Source: an uncultured Clostridia bacterium (lineage in GTDB: Bacteria; Bacillota; Clostridia; Christensenellales; UBA3700). From it: a stretch of 64,000 bases of DNA. Shown here piece after piece: positions 10,169-18,940 of the stretch. The translations under genes were made by a program, and so were the position numbers. Position 1 is the first letter of the stretch; every line of letters starts with the position of its first letter. The notes below the pieces were generated by a model that was not told the origin of the DNA, did not search any database, and saw only the letters and a program-made list of their open reading frames with translations. Location: NCBI GenBank assembly GCA_947038565.1, contig CAMQWP010000001.1:66381-130380 (forward strand), in the 5' to 3' direction.

Positions 10169-11116
10169 TTATGATGATTGACGTCCAAGTTTGTTTATTT
10201 TAAATTGCATATTTACTCTATCTTTTTCAATATCAGTAGTATGTGCGTTTGACGGGTATATCTCATAACACTCTCTCTCCGCTTGCGGTGTTACTTTTAC
10301 CATAACGACATTAGCACCAGCGCTGAAAATCCTATCACTATCACCTAGTATAGAAAGTGAAGTCGTGGCGGGGATATTAGAGTATGGAAGCATAAGCCTA
10401 ACTATCGCGATACACCTAAGAGTCAGCTCGTAATCACCGCTTTTCTCACCTTTCAAAATCGTATCAGGATGAGCTATAAAAGTCCCAACCCCTACCATAT
10501 CACAGGCTAGTTTTTGTATAAGAAGTAAATTATCTATCACGAGTTCTATAACCTCATCAGGTAGACCAACTAAAAACCCTCCACCATATTCATAACCAAG
10601 ACCTTTTATCACTCTAGCACTCTTCAGCCTATCTTCTAGCAAATAACCGTCATGTAAGTGCGCATACATATCAGCATTTGCACACTCATGCTTTAGCAGA
10701 TACTTGCTCGCTCCCGATGATTTAAGCAATGCATACTCGCTATCACGCAACTCTCCGCAAGACAAGGTAACTATCATACCCCAACTCGATATCTCGCGTA
10801 CGATGTCTCTCAAAATGCAAATATCAAAATCATGACTTTCTCCGCTCTGCAAAACAATGGTTTTATACCCGACCTCAAAAGCGGTTTTTGCTACGGTAAT
10901 TATATCGTCATAACTCATACTATATCTTTTTAAATTTTCGTTGCCAAGGTTAAGACCACAATACTTGCAATTACGAAAACATTGATTAGAGAACTCAAGG
11001 AGTGCGCGGATATGGATAACGTCACCCACACACGAACGCCTTACTTGGTCAGCACGGCTAAGTAATACGTCTAGCTCTGTAGCTGTCAATAATTCTCTTA
11101 TCTCTTCTCTTTGCAT
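10169..11116 (-). CDS. hydE: [FeFe]-hydrogenase radical SAM maturase HydE
   Basis: BioB-like radical SAM motif CFRNCKYCGL, with close resemblance along its length to characterised HydE (IVLQSGE, YLLKHE, DMVGVG, NIPATT). Start placed at MQREEI (ATG 11114-11116) because it has an AGGAGTGAG RBS; the ORF-track ATG at 11137 has none. Confidence 0.85.
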   Translation of the reverse strand: MQREEIRELLTATELDVLLSRADQVRRSCVGDVIHIRALLEFSNQCFRNCKYCGLNLGNENLKRYSMSYDDIITVAKTAFEVGYKTIVLQSGESHDFDICILRDIVREISSWGMIVTLSCGELRDSEYALLKSSGASKYLLKHECANADMYAHLHDGYLLEDRLKSARVIKGLGYEYGGGFLVGLPDEVIELVIDNLLLIQKLACDMVGVGTFIAHPDTILKGEKSGDYELTLRCIAIVRLMLPYSNIPATTSLSILGDSDRIFSAGANVVMVKVTPQAERECYEIYPSNAHTTDIEKDRVNMQFKINKLGRQSS

Positions 11117-11155
11117 ATTAAACTCACTCCTAGACATATAGAATACTAAATAATA

Positions 11156-11827
11156 TTATTTTCTGAAAGCCTCAAGTCTGTATATAGGTTTACCTTCGCC
11201 CATAAAAAAACGCTCGTACTCAGTAGTAACATTATAATCGCAATCACTATTTGCAAGATCGCAAGTAACTGCCTTTAGCGTATACCCGTAACTAGATAAA
11301 CTCATCACGGAATACTCAAACATCATCGCACTATCAGTCTTTTGCCAGATCTCAGCATCAGGAGTCATAAATAGGTCATATACCTTTAAAAATCTTTCGT
11401 TAGTAAGTCGTTGGTTTTCATATTTACGCTTAGGCCAAGGACAAGAGAAGTTTAAAAATACTCGCTCAATACTATCCTTTTCAAAGTAATAGCCAAGATT
11501 AGACGCGTCACAGCAAATGAACTTTACGTTTGTCAAATTACCTGCTTTAGCTTTTTCCAAAGCACATATGATTACATTACTGCTTTTTTCTACTGCAAGG
11601 AAATTCACATCAGGGTAAAGCCTTGCCATATCCGTTGCAAATCCGCCCTTTCCACAGCCGACTTCTAAATAAACTGGGTTATCATTCCCAAATACTTTTT
11701 TTGTATCAATAATACTATATCTTTCTTCTTCTTTTAACCTACGCAAAAATGGACTTTCGTCTATTAATAAATACTCGCTATGTTGCTGTATTCTTTCGCT
11801 TAAATTTTTCCTCTTTCTTAATCTCAT
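11156..11827 (-). CDS. trmB: tRNA (guanine46-N7)-methyltransferase
   Basis: SAM-binding LEVGCGKGGF and TrmB-like length. The start overlaps the stop of the upstream radical SAM gene (ATGA). Confidence 0.85.
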   Translation of the reverse strand: MRLRKRKNLSERIQQHSEYLLIDESPFLRRLKEEERYSIIDTKKVFGNDNPVYLEVGCGKGGFATDMARLYPDVNFLAVEKSSNVIICALEKAKAGNLTNVKFICCDASNLGYYFEKDSIERVFLNFSCPWPKRKYENQRLTNERFLKVYDLFMTPDAEIWQKTDSAMMFEYSVMSLSSYGYTLKAVTCDLANSDCDYNVTTEYERFFMGEGKPIYRLEAFRK

Positions 11828-12693
11828 TTTGCACTCCTTTTTTTATCGAACCTACACCTAAATGCACACCGTCTACAAAGCTCTTCGCTTATAGTTTTTC
11901 CTTTAAAACCTTCCACCAATAATCTATACCTTGTAGAAGACATTATATCGGATAATTTATCTTTAAAAATATTACCAAGACTTACAACACCGTTACTATC
12001 TAAACAGCACGGTACGACAGTACCATCTACTAGAATTGCTAGCATATCACGCCCGCCTAAGCACTTGCCATACTTAGATATTTCTTCATGTGCTACGTTC
12101 GGCCATACAAACTTTTTATCGTGACAAATATATACATTATCAGCTAACTTTTTTGATAAAAAACCTCTATCAAAATTGTCATCAACGACAACATTAAAAG
12201 CGTCTATTATATATTCTAATTCGTGGCTATCTTCTACTGATATGCTACCGCCGACATCACCACTCCACATGCGATAATTTACTATAGGAGTACCGCTTTC
12301 TCTGCACATGATCCCGAAGTCTGTTATTTCCTTTAGATACTCATCACATTCAGATACCGTTTTCCCTTCAAGACTATGTACGGAAATATTGACTTTTCTC
12401 ATCGCACTATGTGACATAAGCATATCACTATTATTCTTTATAAGAGTGCCGTTAGTAGTTATATTTACAGGTAGGTTATACTCACTCGCCACATCGAGAA
12501 TACTCTTAATATCCTTATGTAGTAGAGGCTCACCCAGCACATGTAAATATATCTGAACTCCTAGAGGCGCTATCTCACTAGCAATTAGCCTAAAGTCTTG
12601 TACAGTCATGCTTTTTTTAATGCGATTAGTACCACTGCAAAATGAACATGACATATTGCAAATATTAGTTATTTCTATATAAATTCTTTTCAT
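11824..12693 (-). CDS. radical SAM / SPASM-domain protein, substrate unknown
   Basis: N-terminal CNMSCSFC (CX3CX2C). C-terminal Cys cluster (KCLGG...VPCCLDSNG...CRRCAFRC) typical of SPASM/twitch auxiliary Fe-S domains. Confidence 0.75.
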   Translation of the reverse strand: MKRIYIEITNICNMSCSFCSGTNRIKKSMTVQDFRLIASEIAPLGVQIYLHVLGEPLLHKDIKSILDVASEYNLPVNITTNGTLIKNNSDMLMSHSAMRKVNISVHSLEGKTVSECDEYLKEITDFGIMCRESGTPIVNYRMWSGDVGGSISVEDSHELEYIIDAFNVVVDDNFDRGFLSKKLADNVYICHDKKFVWPNVAHEEISKYGKCLGGRDMLAILVDGTVVPCCLDSNGVVSLGNIFKDKLSDIMSSTRYRLLVEGFKGKTISEELCRRCAFRCRFDKKRSAK

Positions 12694-12847
12694 GTTAATA
12701 TGATACCACGATTTTAATTATGTGTCTATACAATTTGACTAAAATAAATCATATTTTATCCTTTTGATTGATAAAACTCGAAAACGCCATTGCTTTCTAG
12801 TCTAAAATATGATATTATTACATTATAAAATATTTGCGGGGTGCATA

Positions 12848-13795
12848 ATGAACATAGTAATTTTAGACGGAGAAACTGTAATTTTAAACGATTATAATTA
12901 TGATAATTTAAACCAGTTCGGATCAGTAACATATTATAAAAACACAAGTACGGATCTGATTATAGAAAGAGCTAAAGTAGCGGATATTTTAGTCATAAAT
13001 AAAATACAAATAACCGCCGAAGTAATAGATAACTGTCCTAATCTAAGACTTATAGCAACACTTTCTACTGGCTATAATGTTGTAGATATTGACCATGCAA
13101 AAAGAAAAAACATCAGCGTATGCAATATACCTGCTTACTCGTCAATGTCCGTTGCACAGCATACTATTGCACTATTATTAGAGGCGACAAATAATGTCGG
13201 TATTCACAGCAAAAGTGTACACGCTGGCGAATGGATCGATCGTGATAATTTCTGTTACACGCTAACCCCTCAAATAGAACTAAACGGCAAGACTATCGGG
13301 CTTATAGGTTACGGTAGTATAGGTAAAATAGTAGCCACAATTTGTACTGCATTAGGCATGAAAGTACTAGCAAATACGCGTAGCATGACACCCGATCCAC
13401 TCGTAGAAATATGCGAATTTAATGATGTATTATCTCGTAGTGAAATCATCAGTTTGCATTGCCCACTGAATTCTGAAAATACACACATTATTAACTCCGA
13501 CAGTATAAGGCTTATGAATGATAATGTAATAATAATCAATACATCTCGAGGTGGACTGATAGATGAAGAATCAGTATACAGTGCATTGTCTAGCGGTAAA
13601 ATATTAGCTTACTGCGCTGATGTTCTAGAAGTAGAGCCTCAATCAAAATCTTGCAACTTAACAACTCAAAATAATGCTATTATTACACCACATATTGCTT
13701 GGGCATCAAGCGAGGCAAGAGGTAGACTTCTCGATATATTAGAGCAAAATATACATGGATTCTTATCAGGCAATATTATCAATAAAGTGAACTGA
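12848..13795 (+). CDS. D-isomer-specific 2-hydroxyacid dehydrogenase (glycerate/hydroxypyruvate reductase-like)
   Basis: GYGSIGKIVA NAD motif. Start set at MNIVILDG (ATG 12848), which has a GGGGTG RBS. Confidence 0.8.
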   Translation: MNIVILDGETVILNDYNYDNLNQFGSVTYYKNTSTDLIIERAKVADILVINKIQITAEVIDNCPNLRLIATLSTGYNVVDIDHAKRKNISVCNIPAYSSMSVAQHTIALLLEATNNVGIHSKSVHAGEWIDRDNFCYTLTPQIELNGKTIGLIGYGSIGKIVATICTALGMKVLANTRSMTPDPLVEICEFNDVLSRSEIISLHCPLNSENTHIINSDSIRLMNDNVIIINTSRGGLIDEESVYSALSSGKILAYCADVLEVEPQSKSCNLTTQNNAIITPHIAWASSEARGRLLDILEQNIHGFLSGNIINKVN

Positions 13796-13856
13796 TTATA
13801 TACACAATATTAATATTATTCTATCCTATTTATATATTTATTATCACAATGCAATA

Positions 13857-13895
13857 ATACTAGATTTATTTTGTGTTTATTTCTAGTATTTTATT
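13857..13895 (+). terminator. intrinsic terminator after the 2-hydroxyacid dehydrogenase gene
   Basis: ATACTAGA...TCTAGTAT stem followed by TTTATT. Confidence 0.5.
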
Positions 13896-13907
13896 ACGAT
13901 TTTATTT

Positions 13908-13950
13908 AAAAAAAGGCTATACCTCTGTTTGTGGTATAGCCTTTATTTTA
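13908..13950. terminator. bidirectional terminator (mainly for the CaCA antiporter gene)
   Basis: AAGGCTATACC / GGTATAGCCTT 11-bp stem flanked by an A-run and a T-rich run. Confidence 0.65.
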
Positions 13951-13971
13951 TTTATTAAAATTTAGATTATG

Positions 13972-15012
13972 TTAGATCATTCCCATATCAATTAGTGTTG
14001 ATAAAACTAGATATAAAGTATAAGCAAGGTAGCTAGACAGAAGTATTACTCCGCTTATTCTGCCGAGATTTTTCTTTTTATTTGAAACAATAAGTGCAAA
14101 CAATAATACCGCGATTCCTATTGCGACCATACTATCAATTAGGAATTTTGGATCGAATATTATCGGGTTGATAAGTGATGACACGCCTAAAACTAGCAAG
14201 ATATTAAATATATTACTTCCTATGACATTACCTATAGCAAGATCAATTTTTCCTTTTTTCGCAGCGATTACTGACGTTACTAGCTCTGGGAGAGAAGTAC
14301 CTATCGCAACTATAGTTAGACCTATTAAGCTCTCAGGTATTTTTGCCATTGTTGCAAGTGCTGTAGAAGTTTCTACCACAAAAGACCCACCAGCAACTAC
14401 TGCTGCTCCGCCCAATAGTATCTTCACTATTGCAAATATTAATGTTGCCTTTGACTTGTCTACCACTACTTCCTCGACTACGCATGTACAGCCGTCATTT
14501 GTTTGCTGATACATAGCACCATCACCGAGATTTAGTTTCTTCTTTTTCTTATTATCAGCCAGTGTAGTATATATCAGATACGCGAAAAACAAAGCAAACA
14601 ATAGTAACAAAAGACCACCATCAATTCTACCTACTTTAGAGTCTAACGCACCGCATAGCACAAAGATTGCAGTTATTGCTATCATGAATGGCATCTCATA
14701 ATGCAAAGAATTCTTCTGTATAGTAAGCGGTGTGATCACCGCACAAATACCAAGCACTAGAGCTATATTTGCTATATTACTGCCTAGAATATTTCCTATT
14801 GCAATACCATTTTTCCCTGCAACAGCAGCACTTATGCTTACTGCCGCCTCAGGCAAACTTGTACCCATAGCAACTATTGTAAGTCCGATTACCATTTGAG
14901 GAATACCAAATCTCTCTGCAATGGAACAAGCTCCGTCGACAAAGTAATCAGCACCTTTTACTAAAAGCACGAAACCTACTATTAAAAATAAAATATTAAG
15001 AAAAATACTCAT
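13972..15012 (-). CDS. Ca2+/Na+ antiporter, CaCA (YrbG-like) family
   Basis: Two alpha-repeat signatures, GTSLPEAAVS and GTSLPELVTS, in a protein of about 10 TM helices. GAGGAG RBS. Confidence 0.85.
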   Translation of the reverse strand: MSIFLNILFLIVGFVLLVKGADYFVDGACSIAERFGIPQMVIGLTIVAMGTSLPEAAVSISAAVAGKNGIAIGNILGSNIANIALVLGICAVITPLTIQKNSLHYEMPFMIAITAIFVLCGALDSKVGRIDGGLLLLLFALFFAYLIYTTLADNKKKKKLNLGDGAMYQQTNDGCTCVVEEVVVDKSKATLIFAIVKILLGGAAVVAGGSFVVETSTALATMAKIPESLIGLTIVAIGTSLPELVTSVIAAKKGKIDLAIGNVIGSNIFNILLVLGVSSLINPIIFDPKFLIDSMVAIGIAVLLFALIVSNKKKNLGRISGVILLSSYLAYTLYLVLSTLIDMGMI

Positions 15013-15125
15013 TTTTTTCTCCTCATCTCGATTACCGAGAACTATTTCTTCGTATTAACATAAGTTTACCATTATTTACATTGCATTGCAAATGAATAAT
15101 CAAATTAATTAATACTAAACACTTT

Positions 15126-16418
15126 TTACGTATTATAATGCTTTAATAATGCTATTCTTACTTCCGACGCTAAATACAGCGACCCACATATTATCAGCAT
15201 ATCACGCTTACCCAAAGTGTCGAGTATGCTTATGATATCATTTTTTATGTCGTACACTGCTGTTACATCTATGGTATTATTTGATTTATTACGTACTATT
15301 TCAGCTAGATAATCCGCAGTTAGTGCCCTTTCATTATCCATTCCCACCGAGATAAATTTATCCGCAAATGGTAATAATATATCCAGACTATTACTGTATT
15401 CCTTATCAGCCATCATTGCCATTGCAAGTATGATGCGTTTGTCTTTTATCTTGCTTATAGTATCCGCGAGTGCGTTTACGCCATGCACATTATGCGCGCC
15501 ATCTAGCATTACTAAAGGCGAAGAGCTTAATATCTCTTGCCTTGCCGGGAATACAGTATTGCAAATACCATAACTCACATTCTCTTTTCGGATATCCCAA
15601 CCAATATTGATTAATTGGTTAATTATTTCGATCACTACTGTTGAGTTATATACTTGATGCTTTCCTATTAGTGACTTTTTGTAACTATTTCCTTTATAAG
15701 TAAACTCGCCGACTTGCCAGTCATTTTTATAATAGGTAATATCCACTGCTTTTGGCACTATTAGAACTCCATTCCTAGCAGAGACCGCGTCCGACACGAC
15801 TTTTAGCACTCCCTGTTTTTGGATAGGATACATTACAGTGATACCACCTTTTATAATACCGCACTTTTGTTTTGCGATATCTAATACATTATCACCTAGT
15901 AGCTCCGAATGATCGAAGTCTATCGCACATATTACCGAGACAATCGGACAGCTTATCACATTTGTTGGGTCTAGTAGTCCGCCCAGCCCTACCTCTAGGC
16001 ATACTATATCGCAACCTGATTTGCTAAAGTATAACATCGCAAGTAACGTAGTCACTTCAAATTCGTTAGGTTTATTCCCACCATTACTTACATAATTATC
16101 TATATTATATTTGAGAGTCGTCGCTAGCGCTGATAATGTCTCATCACTTATCATTTCATTATCCACTTGCATTCTCTCGTTGTACTTTATAACATAAGGA
16201 CTTATAAAAAGTCCTGTTTTATATCCTGCATCAGTAAGTATAGATTGCGTGATCTTACTTATTGAACCCTTGCCATTAGTACCCGCAATATGTATAAATT
16301 CAAGTTGTTTATCGGGAGAATTAAGCATATTTAGAACATCTCTCATGCCTGACAAACCTAGCCTAGTAGCACTTGTTCTATGGCTTGAAATGTATTCTAT
16401 ACTCTCTTGATAATCCAT
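15126..16418 (-). CDS. folC: bifunctional folylpolyglutamate synthase / dihydrofolate synthase
   Basis: Mur-ligase P-loop HIAGTNGKGS. Start moved to the ATG at 16416-16418 because the GTG at 16430 lies inside the GGAGG RBS. Confidence 0.85.
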   Translation of the reverse strand: MDYQESIEYISSHRTSATRLGLSGMRDVLNMLNSPDKQLEFIHIAGTNGKGSISKITQSILTDAGYKTGLFISPYVIKYNERMQVDNEMISDETLSALATTLKYNIDNYVSNGGNKPNEFEVTTLLAMLYFSKSGCDIVCLEVGLGGLLDPTNVISCPIVSVICAIDFDHSELLGDNVLDIAKQKCGIIKGGITVMYPIQKQGVLKVVSDAVSARNGVLIVPKAVDITYYKNDWQVGEFTYKGNSYKKSLIGKHQVYNSTVVIEIINQLINIGWDIRKENVSYGICNTVFPARQEILSSSPLVMLDGAHNVHGVNALADTISKIKDKRIILAMAMMADKEYSNSLDILLPFADKFISVGMDNERALTADYLAEIVRNKSNNTIDVTAVYDIKNDIISILDTLGKRDMLIICGSLYLASEVRIALLKHYNT

Positions 16419-16452
16419 ACTTACCTCCACTGATCACGCAATATAATTGTTA

Positions 16453-17901
16453 TTAATTATCTTCTGTAACATCTAGCAAACTCGATCTATTGTCATCTAC
16501 GATACTTTCAGATATCATAATGTCAGGAATTTCAACTTCCTTATTAGCTAAAGCCTTACGCTTATTAAGGAACTTATTAAATAATATAACGAATAGGATA
16601 ATTGACATTACAGCACCACAAATATCCGATATTCCCTCAGCATAAAAAACACTTTTCGCACCCAAGTAGATAGGTAAAACAAGCGCGCTTATTATATAAA
16701 TAGATTTTCTAAACATGGATAGGTATAGCGAAACACCGACTTTTCCAAGTGCGGTAAACCCGTCTACTATTGCATACTGGAAAGCTAGAGGCACGATTCC
16801 TATTGTAAGTGCTCTAATGCCCCACGCTGAAAGATATGCCAAGCCCTCTTCATTCGTAAACATGGATACAAATTCATCAGCTAGAAGCCATGCCGTACCC
16901 ATCATGATCACCATAAATACTACTCCAAATATCATTATGACCTTTTCGGCTTTTTTTATCCTGTCTACATTGCCAGCACCTAGATTATATCCAAGAATTG
17001 CTTGAGTACCACCGCTAAGTCCGCCAAGCGGGCCTATTACTAGATACAAATAACTCTGAGCAATAGTAGCTGCTGCGACAAAAGACGTACCGTCTTCTCC
17101 GCCAAAGCGTTGAAGAGTAGCATTTAGCACTATTACTAGCACGCTATCTAATGCTATTATTAAAAATGGCGAAAATCCTAGCTTGAATATCCTACCAATA
17201 ACACGCAAATTATATCCACCAAAAGAAAGTCTTATCGTAGACTTGCGACTAAACAGGAATGCCACGACGAATCCGCAAGAGCAAACTTGAGCAATAACGG
17301 TCGCAATTGCTGCACCCTTGACACCCATATCAAACACTAATATAAATAAAGAGTCAAGAATAATATTCATAACTGCACCGACCATTACTGTAGCCATTGC
17401 AATATTAGGAAAGCCTTGCGCGGTAATAAAATAATTTAACCCAAGTGCCATCACTGCGAAAAATGTACCATAAGTATATATTGTCAGGTACTGATCCGCA
17501 TAGATAAATGTTTCCACACTGCCACCAAACCACATGATAAGGTAATCTTTCAATAAAAGGAAAACTCCAGTCAAGATAATAGACGATACTATAAGCATAA
17601 GGAATGAGTTTGACAAGACTTTTTTCGCCTTATCTAGTCGCTTCTCGCCCATGTGCATAGCCATGATAATAGATCCGCCCAGTCCGAAAAGAGTCCCGAA
17701 AGAACTCAAAAAAGTGACAATAGGAGCACATACACCTACGCCAGCAAGAGCAATATCCCCGATCTCAGGAATATGCCCGATATACATTCTGTCGATAATG
17801 CCATACAAGACATTTATCAGCTGTGCAAGCATGGCGGGTATAGCTAGCTTAAAGACTAGTTTTGTTACCGAATCACGCCCCAAATCATTAGATAATTTCA
17901 T
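16453..17901 (-). CDS. MATE family efflux transporter
   Basis: About 12 TM helices and a typical MATE N-terminus (LAIPAMLAQLINVLYGIIDRMYIGH). ATG at 17899-17901 preferred over the upstream GTG. Confidence 0.85.
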   Translation of the reverse strand: MKLSNDLGRDSVTKLVFKLAIPAMLAQLINVLYGIIDRMYIGHIPEIGDIALAGVGVCAPIVTFLSSFGTLFGLGGSIIMAMHMGEKRLDKAKKVLSNSFLMLIVSSIILTGVFLLLKDYLIMWFGGSVETFIYADQYLTIYTYGTFFAVMALGLNYFITAQGFPNIAMATVMVGAVMNIILDSLFILVFDMGVKGAAIATVIAQVCSCGFVVAFLFSRKSTIRLSFGGYNLRVIGRIFKLGFSPFLIIALDSVLVIVLNATLQRFGGEDGTSFVAAATIAQSYLYLVIGPLGGLSGGTQAILGYNLGAGNVDRIKKAEKVIMIFGVVFMVIMMGTAWLLADEFVSMFTNEEGLAYLSAWGIRALTIGIVPLAFQYAIVDGFTALGKVGVSLYLSMFRKSIYIISALVLPIYLGAKSVFYAEGISDICGAVMSIILFVILFNKFLNKRKALANKEVEIPDIMISESIVDDNRSSLLDVTEDN

Positions 17902-17936
17902 AAGCACCTTTTAGCATAAATAGTATATTTATACTG

Positions 17937-17981
17937 TAAAAATAAAAACATAATGCATTATATCACTATATAATACATTAT
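17937..17981 (-). terminator. terminator at the end of the ECF operon
   Basis: 15-nt inverted repeat CATAATGCATTATAT / ATATAATACATTATG (1 mismatch), followed on the minus strand by UUUUUAUUUUU. Confidence 0.5.
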
Positions 17982-18073
17982 GTCAATATGATTAGTATAC
18001 TATTAAGTTTTAATAAAAAATAAGCACTTTTACGCATATAAAATGTAATAATATGCTAGTTTTAATGCTTTAA

Positions 18074-18940
18074 CTACTCGAAAATGCCGTATTTCTCACG
18101 CATACGATTGGTTACTTTAATAATCGGTCTTGCCAGCACTAGCAAAAACACAATATTACTCACAACGTAAGCTATCATAAATGGCACGCTTGCAATTATC
18201 ATAGTGCCGTATCTCTCAAAAGACCAGCCGTCGCCGATTGAAAGCACAGTGTACACATCCATCATCAATGAAAACATTACACCTCCGATTATTGCGACGA
18301 TTACGAGCATAAAATAATTCGGCATGCTTTTTCGCTTGAATAATAGTGCCGCCAACACACCTATCATACCCCAGCTCAACATCTGAAAAGGTGTCCAAGG
18401 CCCTTGACCGAAATACATATTACTAAGTATCGCCGACAACGCACCTACCATAAACCCTGACTCCATACCAAACGCAATACCTGCAATTATAACTATTGCA
18501 CTTATCGGTTTAAATCCTGGAATAGGTGCAAAAAGTATACGCATGGACACTGACAGTGCGACCATAACTGCTATCACTACCAATTCCCTCGCACCGATTT
18601 TACTATTTTCAAACGACATGAAAAATGGTATCATGCAAAGCACGGCTATAGCAATTGCGATCACGTCATAATTTTTACCATTCAGCACCACTGCACCTAT
18701 CATAATAAGCAATGGAATGAAAATGAAAATTATACTTACATTCATCGCAAACCTAGCCCACTTGTTTTTAAAAAACTCTACTATAAAATTTTCTTTTTTA
18801 ACTATATCTATATGTTTAGCGATATAGTTATCATGTATTTCGTAAGTCCTATTGTCTATTATTACTTCTTTACAGCATATATTTTTCGCACTATTATCTG
18901 GTGTCAAACACGCTTTTTCACTCGCTTTATTATTCATCAT
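18074..18940 (-). CDS. ECF transporter S (substrate-capture) component with a cytoplasmic N-terminal extension of about 55 aa; candidate corrinoid-specific
   Basis: Small multi-TM protein placed last in the ECF operon. Its start ATG overlaps the ecfA TGA (ATGA). The specificity call is inferred only from the upstream cobalamin riboswitch. Confidence 0.65.
   Translation of the reverse strand: MMNNKASEKACLTPDNSAKNICCKEVIIDNRTYEIHDNYIAKHIDIVKKENFIVEFFKNKWARFAMNVSIIFIFIPLLIMIGAVVLNGKNYDVIAIAIAVLCMIPFFMSFENSKIGARELVVIAVMVALSVSMRILFAPIPGFKPISAIVIIAGIAFGMESGFMVGALSAILSNMYFGQGPWTPFQMLSWGMIGVLAALLFKRKSMPNYFMLVIVAIIGGVMFSLMMDVYTVLSIGDGWSFERYGTMIIASVPFMIAYVVSNIVFLLVLARPIIKVTNRMREKYGIFE

Noticed and set aside
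12756-12947. 63-aa Cys-containing ORF upstream of the radical SAM/SPASM gene, considered as a possible RiPP precursor.
   Set aside because: It has no RBS, overlaps the start of the opposite-strand dehydrogenase gene by about 100 nt, and has a composition like intergenic AT-rich translation. It is kept only as a remark in the rSAM finding.
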